64,000 bases of DNA from Utricularia gibba. Taxonomy: Eukaryota > Plantae > Magnoliophyta. Below, in pieces: positions 1 through 12,329 of this stretch. The translations under genes and the position numbers were made by a program. Each line of letters begins with the position of its first letter. Position 1 is the stretch's first letter. The stretch covers positions 1,054,001 through 1,118,000 of the forward strand of contig NEEC01000020.1 in NCBI GenBank assembly GCA_002189035.1, read 5' to 3'. The notes under the pieces are model-generated. The model saw only the letters and a list, made by a program, of their open reading frames with translations. It made no database searches and was not told the origin of the DNA.

Positions 1-862
1 GGGTTCTGTGGGTTGCAGGAGTTGTTATTGAAGCAGCTGCAGATCAACAAAAATTGAATTTCAAAAATTCTCCGGAGAATCGGGGCAAGTGGTGCAATGC
101 TGGAGTTTGGAAGTATTCACGCCATCCTAACTACTTTGGCGAGGTTGGGATGTTTGTGCTACTGATGGAAGTGAATTTTATGTTTGATTCATATTATAAA
201 GTTTTCAAGTTTTACCTAAAGACTCTGTTATCTCTTTATACTGAATCTAATTTGGCTTCAGTTTGGTTTATGATCAAACTGAAGGAAACACTTCAACACA
301 AGAATGACCCCCTTCTTCTTTATCTGTGCCATACCGAGTGACTTTGTCTCTCCTTTTCATGCAGATACTCCTTTGGTGGGGCATTTTCGTGGCTGCATCA
401 CCTGTACTAGAGAAGGCAGAGTGGCTGGTCATCATCGGACCGATATTTCTTACATTGCTGCTGCTTTTCGTTAGCGGCATACCACTCCTTGAGGTTGATT
501 TGCTGGGCTGGTGTTATGTAACTTGATATCTATACTGACAATCACGTTTAGTAACCTATTGAGCTGCTTTTCTAGGATTCTGCTGATCGAAAGTACGGCA
601 GTGTTGGTGCATACAGGGAGTATAAAAGGACGACGAGGTTAGTGTCTTCCCTTTTCTTCAACCAAATAAACCATTTCTACAAAGTTGATGATATGTGTAT
701 GAAAACTGTTTTTTCAGTCCTCTAATCTTGCTCCCTCCTGCGGTATATGGCCCTCTTCCTTCATGGTTTAAAGCAGTCTTTCTGTTAGAGTTTCCGATCT
801 ACAACCGCCGACTTCCTCAGGAAAACTGGTATGACTGCTCATCTCTGTTTCTGATAATATAG
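1..862 (+). CDS. DUF1295-family (steroid 5-alpha-reductase-like) membrane protein, 3' part; the gene starts before the window
   Basis: GT-AG exons <1..143, 365..493, 576..637, 718..862 splice in frame to ...VLWVAGVVIEAAADQQKLNFKNSPENRGKWCNAGVWKYSRHPNYFGE/ILLWWGIFVAASPVLEKAEWLVIIGPIFLTLLLLFVSGIPLLE/DSADRKYGSVGAYREYKRTT/SPLILLPP..., which carries the SRHPNYFGE motif of DUF1295. The exact C-terminus is uncertain (possible extra donor at 829). Confidence 0.9.
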
Positions 863-1127
863 GCAATTACCCAAGTCATGGATGTGCTTCTTATTTCAAT
901 CTTTTGTAGTGTGTTTAGTGTCCTAGAAAATGAGTGTCAGTTCATAATTCTGTACTGTGTTTTCTGCAAGGAAGATACGGAGAGCGGCCACATGCGAATG
1001 AAGTCGAGAAACTGCTTGGTTGGTTGAAGATAATTTGGCATTGTTTGAGCTCTTCGGTTTGATGAATAGAGTCAGTTTTTCGGTTATGTTGTTATTGTAG
1101 TTTTGAAGAAAAATGTTGGTTTAAAAG

Positions 1128-1145
1128 TTTAGGGTTTAGGGTTTA
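1128..1145 (+). repeat. Short interstitial plant telomere-type repeat (TTTAGGG)2-TTTA
   Basis: Sequence tttagggtttagggttta, flanked by degenerate ggtttaaaag units. Confidence 0.6.
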
Positions 1146-2708
1146 AAAGTTAAATCTAGAATGTACTATGATGTATCCAATGCTGCCTTTTATGACGAGG
1201 TCTTGAACATTAGGAGTACAGTACACCTTGTCGAGTGATGGAGGAAAGACCTTGACACTCTAATTCCTCTTGATCCTCATTAGGTCCATTGGCAACAAGT
1301 TATAACCTGATCGGGCAGGCCACTCCCTTGTTCATCTTCATTAGGCGAAGGGTACGCTATTAGCCTATTGCCAAGGCAGAGGCAAGTAGTGCAATGATCA
1401 TAGAATTCAGAAAAGTAGGTTGGGTTGAATATGAGAATTAATGTTTTAAATAATTAAGATTTGATAGATGAAACCTAGTTATACTATATTACTATTTAGT
1501 TTGTTACTTTTAAAAAATATTGGAAATTATTTGCATATAATTTATAATTTATGATAATTAAAAATGTTAATTTTTCGAATAATATGGATGATGGGAACTA
1601 AATCGATATGTACCACGTAGGGATCAAATCAATTAGAGAGAGGATTTGAATGGTTATGATAGTCTGAGCAACAATGGCCGTTTTTGGAAAAATATGAAAA
1701 GTAGTTGAATTATAAAAATATTAGAACAGTCGACAATTATCTGTCAGCAGAACTATAGTACAATTATCAAACACATAAAGTAGTTGATACAAGGAAATGT
1801 GAAGAAAAAGAAGTTGAACTCTCTACATTTTTACTTGTAACTTCCATTTTCTACTCCGTTAGTGAAACCCTCATTTCTCAGTGAGCCTCGTCAATTCCAT
1901 AGTTTTTACGTCTTCCAACATTTTCCATATAAAAATCTCTATCTATTTTTATTCATGTTATCAACATAGTTACTTGGAAACCCCAAAACATGCGGATTGG
2001 ATCCAAATAAATTGGTTACATTACCCAAAAATCAGTTACCTCTAACAGGTAGATTTTCGACCACAACAATGGAGTAATTATACTTTATTTTAAAATAGAA
2101 GAGTTGATAAGCAATATTTGCATAGTTTTACTTTTCTATAATATATTTTTTAGTATCATTCCCTTCTTAAATAAATTATATTTAATATCCTGAAAATATT
2201 TGTATTTAATAGAGTCCGATCATCACATCCAACAATAAAGACACAAATATTTTTCTTTTTTTATTATTTACTGACCAAGGAGTGAGCTGTAACGAGGTTG
2301 GCCTATGTTTAATTTAGTGAAATGTGGGGGTCAGAATGCAATAATAACTGATGATGATGACGCGGCGCCACGGGGTTAGAGGACAAAGTCCGCGGTGCCC
2401 CCGCGTTCGGACTTGCGCTAATTCTCCCCATCCAATAACCGAACCTCCCCAAAAATAATAAAAAAATGGAAATTACAAAAAAACAAAATATAAAAAATAC
2501 AAATAAATAATGAAGAGAGATTTTCCGTAGAAGTCACAGCTGCGAGCGACGGCGGAGTCCTTTCATTCTTCAGTCCTACTCACGTCGCAGACACCTGCAC
2601 GATCTTAATCACCGTTTTGGCTTCACTTTTCTTGTTGATTCTACGGTGATAATCTTCGATCTGTTGTTTTCCGGTTTCTCGAGGGGTTGAATCGTTAGAC
2701 CTTGTCAA

Positions 2709-4361
2709 ATGATGCCGGAGGATTGTCCTGCGCAGCCGGAGGAGGGGGCCACGGCGAGAGCGATTCTAGAAAAGCCGCTTCAACAGCTTACTGAAGATGA
2801 CATTGCTCAGCTTACTCGTGAGGACTGCAGACGGTACCTCAAGGAGAAAGGTAACGAGGAAGGTCAACTGAATTAGTTCTACTTTTGGTCGGTTTTGTAG
2901 CTGCTTCGGAATAATTTTTTTCGTTCTTAGGAATGAGGAGACCTTCTTGGAACAAATCTCAGGCAATTCAGCAAGTAATAATGCTCAAGAGCCTAATTGA
3001 ATCTACGCCAGATTCCGATGCTGGTTCTAGTAAAAGGCTTCGGATTTCTTTTACTGCTGACAGTAATAGTGGCAAGAGTCCTGCTCCTGATGGTGTGCGT
3101 GAGCTGCTTATTCTTTAGAAAAGTGCTCTGCTTATTCGTCTGCCGTGTCCTTTTACTTGGTTCCTAATTACAGATGTCGGTCAAGTGGCGAGTCTTTTAA
3201 TGTATTGGGTGAATGCATGTAGGTGCCTACAGCTGAGGATGCAGAAAACTCTGCATCTGCTGAGGAAATGACTCAGATTTCTCAAAAAGATGTTGAAAAA
3301 CCCGATTTGGTTCCTCATTGTTTTGTTGATCCGAGTGAAGAATGCACTGTACCTAGGTAATCTTATAGGTGCCATGAAATTCAATGGCCATGATTCGCTT
3401 ACATTGTCTGAAATGTTATTTAAGGCTCTTTCTTTTATTAGCAAAGCCGTCTCTTTGACAATCTCCTTGTTTTCTTCCAGAACTGCGAGTACTCCGAAAA
3501 CTCCAATTGATCAATTGACAATATTTTACGGTGGCAAAGTGAACGTGTATGATGATGTATCTCCAGATAAGGTACTGGAACTTGCAGTTGCTTTGATTTT
3601 GACTGGCCTCTGCATCATCTGGTAAAACTTCCTTTTGCATCTATAAGGCACAAGTAATAATGAGTATTGCTGCAACCCCTTTGCATTTAACGGAAGAACT
3701 GTTAGTAGACAATTGGACTTTACGGCCAGCGTCCTTTTCCAAAGCTTGCAGTCCAAAATCTAAACCAGATTCTGCAGCTGCTATCATGCCTCCTCCTAAA
3801 ATAGGTAAATGAAACGTCTAATTGCAGGTGTGTTGAACTTTGATTCTCTTATATGCTTTTGCTGCAGTAGTGAATATGGAAAATTATGCTGTAGAGCGTG
3901 GAGAAGGAAATGAAGAAGCCTATCAAGAGATTCCTGGTAAGGTTTATAATACTTCATGAGAATTCCTTCTTTTCTTCTAAACGTGTTCTTCTTAAATCCA
4001 TGTGGGTGGAGCAGAAGGACCTTCAACTAGAAAAGCATCGCTGCAAAGATATTTGGAGAAGAAGAAAGACAGGTAACTTGAAAATGAACTGTACCTTTTG
4101 CAACTACTTAGGTAACCAGAAAAGTGCTTCGATTTTCCCTTGGTTCCTCATATCTGTGTTAGATGAAGGTTTAAGAGCAAGGGAAAAGTGGATTTGGCCT
4201 CCTGCTCCAGTGTAAATACGTACTTCAGCCATCTAATGTACGATCAGATGTCCGGAAGGGAGACAATTTCCGTACCCCAAATAAGCCTGCCTTCAACTCC
4301 TGCTTTCTGTAACTCTACAGCTAAGATCAGCCACCCTTTTGGTCTGATCTACAAAGGTTAG
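2709..4361 (+). CDS. PPD: PEAPOD / TIFY4-type transcriptional repressor (PPD, TIFY and Jas domains)
   Basis: Exons 2709..2850, 2931..3094, 3223..3356, 3481..3571, 3648..3804, 3868..3936, 4015..4072, 4169..4361. PPD domain ILEKPLQQLTEDDIAQLTREDCRRYLKEKGMRRPSWNKSQAIQQVIMLKSLIE, TIFY motif QLTIFYGGKVNVYDDVSPDKAQVIM, Jas-like TRKASLQRYLEKKKDR. The last exon could instead splice 4356 to 4609 (ending YKGV*). Confidence 0.93.
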
Positions 4362-6881
4362 AGATTGCTTTCTTGGAATGTTCTTCTAGATGTGCACTTC
4401 CTTTTTTGTGAGTCGAACTCTACCTTAGAGTTAAAAACTGAGGATTCGACAGAAGCCCTCAGCATGTGCACTCTCATTGTTGCCTCTTTCCAACTCATTG
4501 CGCTGGTTCCATCCTTTGATAAACTTTATGACTGCCAGGGAAATCATACCCAGTTGTTTCTTCTGTACATTTTTTTTTGATCAGGTTCTTCTGTACATTT
4601 ACTGTCAGGTGTCTGACATCAATGGGCTCCGGCACCAAAATATACCGGTGATCACGATTTTCGTCGATCATCTGTTTATGCTACCCCTTGTGTTTGTTCC
4701 GCGAAACATCGACGTTGAGAGAGCAACCCCAGTGACGTTTTGTAACTATAGCAGTTAGTGATCTCCATTGTTTGTCGAGTTGCTTCTCCAGGAACAAACA
4801 TGCAGCCACCTCAGACGTTGCAACCGCGGACGGTTATCTGTGCATATTAGTTAGTCAGTGTAACTTTACTGCTAGAGCTTCCTTCGTAAAACGTCTTCAT
4901 GAGACGTGCACTGTATTTCTGGTTTTGAGTGAGGAAAATATTCCTTTGGGTGATACTGGTTGTCTTCTTGCACTTTTGTGGGCATTTTTCGTTTTCGGTT
5001 CGAGGAGGTGCTACGTTAAATTGATCAGAGCCTTCGGAGGTTGGGAATCTTTTGGTTCTCCGGCGTATTGTGTAACTACTGCCACTTCAGTTTGTTGGCA
5101 TCACTCCGTGTTTCAATGGAGAAAATCCTCTTTGGACCTCCTTTCTCTAATGGGTAGAATTATGTTCAATGGGAGTTGGTATGATTGTCTGTATGAAGGG
5201 TCGTACGAAAGCTTTGAGAAAGCTTTGGCAGTAGCTAATGAACTAAAACATATTCTTCAGAATAGAGATGGAAATAGGAAAGGAAAAAAATCTAAAGGAA
5301 AGTCCTCTACGTAGGAGTATTTGAAAGAGTAAGTCCAAATCTAGATTGCAATTGTCTAGTCTTAGGTGACTACAATCATTTCCCTACTCGTACGTGGGAA
5401 ATGAAAAGTTGTCAGATCTTATATGATATCTTACTTTTATGAAATCTGTTTCATCTTATTCAATTGTTCATGATTTATAAAAATGGAGTATTCTTTTGAT
5501 AATGAACTTGAATTCTAGGAATAATTGATCAAATTGTGTGATCAAAAATAAATTTAGAACATTGGATTATTGTACTTGCGATTTTTTGCTCTAATGTTTT
5601 TATTCTTTTTCAATCAATAATCTAAAAGTATTTCTACCATGATATATGATTCTAATATTGTTTTAAGCAACCCCACTTCTATCTCCCAACCCACTCATCA
5701 TCTCATGATTGCCATCATTGATCATTTCAATGCATCTTTTCAAAACATGGCCACCACTGCCCCAACCAGCCTAACACCACCTACGGCACCATCTTTCAGT
5801 GATCTGTTGCTTGCAATTTACTCTTGGATTCCGTATCCATGTGTTAGACATGCATTCAAATCCTTAGGTCTCAATGTAGAACAAAACACCACAAAAATAT
5901 TTTCCCACTTCATAGATGGTAAGATTGGATTTACCAACTATTGGATATGCATGCCATTTTAATTTGAAAATCCATGACCACCATATCTACCACACAATTT
6001 TCTCCACCTTCTCAAATATTCTTTTTGATGTCTACATAACATATAGGGAGATCATTTTAATTTGAAAATCCATGACTATCAAATATACTATCAAAGATGC
6101 TATCAAATTTACTATCTCCAACTTTTACCAATGGAAAATTGATGAAAAAAGGGATGTTATCATTCAATTGAATGATTTTTACCACATACTACATAACATG
6201 ATTGCACAGAACATAAAACTCACATCACCTTTTGTTGTTGATCTATGATGCTGTGTTTTAGTTTGATGTTTTTATGCTTAGATTTTAATAAAAATAGAAT
6301 AGAAACACTTGAATTAGTGGGAAAATAACCCAAAGCATATGCATTCTAATTTTTCACAAGGAAAACTTGCATTCATCCAATTTCTCTCTTATATGATGTT
6401 AAATGGGTCTATTATTCTGTGAATTCTGTATAAGTCCAGCCCATTTGGATTGGGCCATACGATTTAACCAATCTTGGAGATATTTTTTAGAATAAAGGTA
6501 AAATTGAGAATACAAATCTTAGTGGGAAGCTAAAATAAGAGAGAGAACAAAAAAGGAGGAGAGCCCATTGAGTCGAGAGATTGGCTAGCAATCAGTTAAA
6601 GGAGGAGGAAATAGGGCAAAGATACTTTTCCGGCAACCTCTATGGAAGAGAGTGGGACTAAAGAAACAAGAGAACTTCAAAGAGGAAGCTGAAGGAAAAA
6701 CAGCAAGATCTACATTATGTGTGGTAAAGGGAAGAGCTTAGACCAACTATAAATAGCAAGAGAGTAAGAAAAATGCTTGTAGTATTCACCTGCTAGAGGA
6801 ATAACTATACGTAAGAAAAAGAGCTTAGATCAACTAGAAATGATTCGTTTAACTGTTGTGTATTGGCAAACACTTTGCCAA

Positions 6882-6896
6882 CCCCCCCCCCCCCCC
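6882..6896. repeat. Poly-C tract (15 nt)
   Basis: Read directly from the sequence. Confidence 0.9.
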
Positions 6897-7059
6897 TCCT
6901 CTTCTATTTATTCTAGTTTTCATATAGAACTTGTGATTAAAAATCAATTGCTCTCTGTAGATTGATTTATAATTGTTGTACTACATTTATTTTTCTATAA
7001 AATATTTGTGAATTGTATGTTCAATTTATAAATGTTTTGATGAGGAAACTCCTTAGACT

Positions 7060-7620
7060 CGTTATATCTATAGAAAAATTTTCTTTCATCAATCTACTAA
7101 TTAAGAAACTGTCAAAAATCTTGAAAATCTACAAAAACAATGTGAAACACTTATATTGAAAATTGAATTTGGAGCAGTTAATCAACTGCATTACCATTGA
7201 ATTGAAACACAGTCAAACTCAAAAAATGAAAAAGAATTCTCCACAAGTCAATCTGATAAACAACGATCAAATGAGGTACAATTCAAAACCCAATTCAAAG
7301 GAATATGACTCTCTTGTGGTCACTAACAAACCATTGGAGAAGAAAAATGGACAATGGTTTGTCTATGGAAACCAAGTCATCATGTAGTCCAATCTAGACA
7401 CAAAAAGGTAGGCAAAAATGGTGATTAGCCCCAAAAACCCAAATCACCATGGCTGAAGCTGAGAGGAAAGAACCCTTCATAGTTGTAATTAGTCATTTGA
7501 ACTTAATTAGTTCCAATGATGATTGACTCTTGGATTCTAGAGCAACACCTCATGTGTGTGCAAAAAAAGAATCATTTTCCAATTATTTCCTTATTAAGAG
7601 AAATGCATAGCATTTGAGAA
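7060..7620 (+). mobile_element. Degenerate Ty1/copia gag-protease fragment
   Basis: Frameshifted translations KKLSKILKIYKNNVKHLY*KLNLEQLINCITIE (gag), GQWFVYG/KPSHHVVQSRH (decayed zinc knuckle) and DD*LLDSRATPHVCAKKESFSNY (W.lDSGAT.H.C protease motif). Confidence 0.7.
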
Positions 7621-8888
7621 AATTATTTCAACCATCAAATGTTGGAGATAGAATTTCAAAACATGACCAACTTTGTCCTTTAGTGTTCAATCAAATTTTC
7701 ACATCAACATTTTGTGTTTTTTTTATATTATATAAAAAACAATCCGTTCAGCGTAATAGTACACATGACATTGGCATGTTTAGATTTTAGCATTAAAATT
7801 CTGAAAAAAGTTTGGTGTAACATTAAATTTATTTATCTTTTTTCCAATTCAAAATTAAAGAATAAAGCATATTATGAAATACGTCTCTCATATCATCATT
7901 CTTCTTCCTCTAAGAATTTCAAAGACTTTCTCTCCAATTGAGATCCGATTGTACTAGAGAGATAACTTGTTTTATGTAAACAATGGTATACGTTATTATT
8001 CACCATTGCGATTTTCTGCTTGGGTTGCTCAAGATATCTCAATATCCATGCTATTGTTGTTGATTTTTTAAGTTATCCAATTATCTTTAATTGAGTATTC
8101 TATTAACATTATTGTGAATTATGTTACTATGTATCCAATAATGAGGTACTTTCATCATTTTGATCAAACGGATGACAGTTTGTTTTTTTTTTAATCAAAA
8201 TCGTATAGTTTCAAGTGTTAATATGTATATTAGTGTAACTCCAAGCTTTATGAATTTGACCATTCAACAACATACTGCTATGTAAATTTTTTTATCAAGT
8301 AAATTTTTTTATTATTAATTTAAAATTACATTTAGGATTTTTTTTGAATTCATATAATTAAAGTATGCTAATGGTATATTGTATTTTTAATCTTTATTTA
8401 ATGTTGAAGAAGTATCAACCAATCATAATAATTCATGTAATTCATGAACATATCACAATTCTTCACCACCCTAATCAACTTGTGACAAATACATATTATA
8501 GGATTCAGACCATTTATGTGAGTAAAATACTAATGAGTAAGCGAAAATACGAAATGATGCAAAAAGTTATTCCATCGCCACTTTCTTCAAATAATGATGA
8601 TGATAAATAAATATAAGGCAGATATTACGAAAACGATTTGCAATGAAAATTCCAATAGCAGTTGAGTTTGAGAAAACTTTGAACTTCTTTGATGGGACAA
8701 GTGGTGATCCACACAAGAGGGTTTTCTTTAAAGATAAAACTTCAATGAAGAAATCACTGAGTTATTATTATATCATGAAGTTAAAAAAGTATTTCCATGT
8801 TGAAAAAAGCAACAACAAACAATATGAAATAAATTGTATCAACTGAAATGCAACACCTCCATATGAATGACGTGTTAGGGTATAGAAC

Positions 8889-10292
8889 TGATAACACACA
8901 AATTTTCATGCTTTAATGATATGAAAAATCATAAATTTTTAAGTATGTTTAGTTGTTAATTTTACATTTTTAAGTATTTTTATTTGATTAGGGAAAATGT
9001 GATTTTTGGTGTGATTAGTGGGCTAAATCCTGATTACACTGTAACCTGATTTAGCCCACCCCATGTGTAACCTGATTTTGGAGTCTAGTAGCAACCCAAG
9101 AATAAAGGAAAAATCTGGATTTCGTGCAAGTCACTAGGATGCAGGGGGGAATGAGTACACTGTCGCGGTGACAGTCTGCAAGTCAGGGCTAGGAGCAGCA
9201 AATTTGTTAGCAAATGCACTTGCTTTGGGCAGTGGGAGGCGAGAGAAAGATGAGGAGCAAGAGTCGCAAAAAGGGGAGAACAACCAGAATTTTCAGAGAA
9301 CACACATGAGAGGGTTTCTCCCCCAACTCGCACACGAAAAATATAGGAAGGAGAAGGAAAAAGAGAGGCGATTTTTCTGGAGAAGAACCTCCAGCTTGAA
9401 GGAAGAAGATCAAGACTCAGTTCAGCGCTATTGTTCTGGCCTGTGAATAGTAGCAGAAGGAATCCAGAAACTTTACTGCTTTATTTTCGTTTGTTTATGT
9501 TTTTAACTTCTACAACCAACTTTTGCACGATGTTCTCAACATTTTCATTGTTTTATGTTAATGCTATTACATTTTACCTTCAAAGCATGAGTAGCTAAAC
9601 CCTAGGGGGCATAAGGTGAAGCATGGCGATGTGGGTAGTCTTAATAAAAATTGACCATTGTTTCTTAGCTCTTGTTTCTATCAAACCATGGGTAGACTTA
9701 AGGAGGGGAACAAGTAGCTTGACAATTTAGATGTTTGATTTAGAAGTAGACCAACAAATCAAGACGGGAGCAGTAGCTGTTAGTTCGGGGTAGAACTAGT
9801 AGAACCGGGTAGACCTAGTTCTATATACTTTATATGCGGGTAGACCTAATTGCGATGTTGATGATGATATGGGGGACTGGCTTGGCCGAAAATATGATGA
9901 ATGATCTGGGTAGACTTAGGTCATTTGAAGTTGTGGGTATAGGGACATGGTAGATTAAGTTAGGTATTTTAGCACCACACCACCTTCAAATCTTTAAGGC
10001 ATATTTGTATTATTCTAAATTAAAACCAGTACTTGTTACCTTTAGCGTGAGACATGATATTGTTTACTGCACTTGTTTACCACTGTTGATCCGAGCTTAA
10101 ACTAAGACCTGCTGTTAGCCCGAATTATGTATTTACTAAAACACTTAGCAAACACAAGCTCTTCATGATCGACCTCGACATCTACTATACAAGTTTTCTG
10201 AATTTGTATTTTATATAGATTAGGGCTTATAAATGTATTTGATACGGAAGTTTGCTTTTATTGCAATGATATGCTAAAATTTCCGTTTATCA
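8889..10292 (+). mobile_element. Solo LTR A (1404 bp; probably Ty3/gypsy, Athila/Tat-like), inserted in the MULE transposase
   Basis: Starts TGATAACAC and ends GTTTATCA; 5-bp TSD agaac/ggaac (1 mismatch). Removing it rejoins the MULE reading frame (RVRV*NNSVTQF). Roughly 85% identical by eye to 12330..13737 in reverse. Confidence 0.88.
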
Positions 10293-12329
10293 GGAACAAT
10301 AGTGTCACTCAATTTTAGACTTTGACACAATACAAGGGGGCTCATGCTTGTTTTTTTAGCAGTTCCAGGACAGCTAAAAATAATAGCATTATTAGCAAAT
10401 TTGTGTCTCTTCACATTATGAGCAAGGTTAAAGCTAATCCACGGATATGTGTTTCTGATGTCATTGATGATTTTGATGAAACTTATCATTTTAAGATATC
10501 ATATAAACTCGGATGAACTACTGTTAGGCGTGCTATCATACATATATATGGCACTTGAGAGAAATCAATGACAAAGCTCACTTCTTATTTGTATGTATTA
10601 AGAAAACCATCATATTAAGGTAATTCATTTTTATTATTTTACAAGTATTGATGTATGTTTACTAACATATTTATTTTATTATATATATTATATTATATAT
10701 ATTATATTTGAATATAAGAATCTTTGTTCTCATGATGACAAGTCAATGCTACATCATATACTTTGGGTTTTTGAGTCATGCATCTATGCTTTTCGATATT
10801 ATCGACCAGTTATTACTATTGATGGAACACATCTATATGTAGGATATAGATATCACCTTCTAATAACATGCACATTTGATGGTGATCGCACTATAATTCC
10901 ACTTGCATTTTTTATTGTTGAGGAAGAATTGTATCAATTCTGCTATTGGTTTTTTAACCTTTTGATTAAGCATATTTGTTTAGTAACTGATTGTGGTGCA
11001 GGATTGTTATTTGCAATTAAGGATATACCTGCTTTCAATGAGCTTATGGAAGATTACAGATTTTGTATGCAATATCTACTTGCAAATTTCATGTCCCATT
11101 TCAAGTCAAAACACTTGGTTTATTTATTTTAGGAGGCTGCCTTAAGTTCAAAAACAAAAAAGTTCAAGATAGTTATGCAAAAAATCAGAAATAGGAATGC
11201 AGCAGCATTTGAGTGTCTTCATGAAATTGATTCAAAGCAATGAAGATTATCGTATGATAATGGTATAAGGTAACTCAAAATGGAATAATTTTATTTATAT
11301 TATTACTATATTAACTTTATAATTCTTATTTTTGTAAATGTGGTGTGCATATCACAAGTATCTCTAAATCGTTAAACAGTGTTTTACATGGGGCACAAAA
11401 ATTACATACAAAAGCTCTTGTTGAGGCCGCTTTCGAACGATGTGTTAAGATTTTCACGAATAGTACAACAAAAATGGATTTAATCATGGAAAGGGGCCAA
11501 TTATTTACTCCATATTCGCTTTCTATTTATAGGAGATGTGATGATAAATTAACCAACTATAGGGTCAAGAAATACAATGCAAAGAAAATGAGTGCCACCA
11601 TAATATTTCGAAGCAAAATTTCTAGAAAAAACAAACATTATTATAATATTTGTTTGATAGATTTGACATGTATTTGTAAAAAATGACAGCAAAAAGCTAT
11701 TCCATGTTTGCATAATATCTAGGTAAGAATTATCTTCTGGTGTATCATATTACTTACAATATTATAACATGTTCTTATTCTCGGTGTACATGGAATTCAA
11801 TGAAGACCTAAGTTCTTAGGTTACAAAATATTGTAAAATGAAAACTTTTACGAAAATATACAAAAGGAAATTTAATCCACCAATTCCTAAGGGTGGATGA
11901 GGTGCATCTTTATTTGATCTTGTTTACAATTTAACAAGAACAGTGACTATAAGAGATTATGCTAGATCAAAACCATTTTCATGCAGTTTAACTCATACAT
12001 TCGAAAAAAAGATCAAGAGTTGATTAATTTCAATTTCAGATATTTTCATGGATGTATTTTCGAAACTTTGAGATTTTATTTCAAATAATGTTGTGTATGC
12101 AACTATTCTATGTTTTATTGCATAAGTTTTTCATACACTTAATTGATTATGTTTTAACTTGTTGGTTAATATGAATATTGTAATATAATTGTATTGTAAT
12201 ATATTATATTTGAATTTTTTAAATATAAAATATGATTAAATGCATTTTTTTTTCAAAAAGTCCATATTTATGTGAATTTTCCTATGAAAAATAAACACAA
12301 AATGATGATTTGGAAATTTAATTTAACAC

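Noticed and set aside
1128-1145. Telomere-like repeats as evidence of a chromosome end or fusion
   Set aside because: Only about 2.5 units; such telo-box-sized matches are common by chance or near genes.
1620-2060. Possible Sirevirus/copia LTR fragment
   Set aside because: Only a vague resemblance (agagaggatttgaatgg); no termini, TSD or second copy.
4772-5314. 180-aa ORF downstream of PEAPOD as a novel gene
   Set aside because: Starts at TTG, has no recognisable motif or splice structure, and lies in the likely 3' UTR or terminator region; probably a chance ORF.
5639-6080. 107-aa ORF and a 24-bp direct repeat (5955 and 6053)
   Set aside because: No interpretable protein on either strand; probably decayed TE sequence with a local duplication.
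6250-7050. LTR-like segment (TATA-like tataaatag, duplicated aagagcttaga motif, 7-bp hairpin before the poly-C)
   Set aside because: Could not define TG...CA ends, a TSD or a partner copy.
9085-9446. Short ORFs inside solo LTRs A and B that resemble each other
   Set aside because: The similarity is explained by LTR homology; stops and frames differ between copies, so there is no sign of coding constraint.
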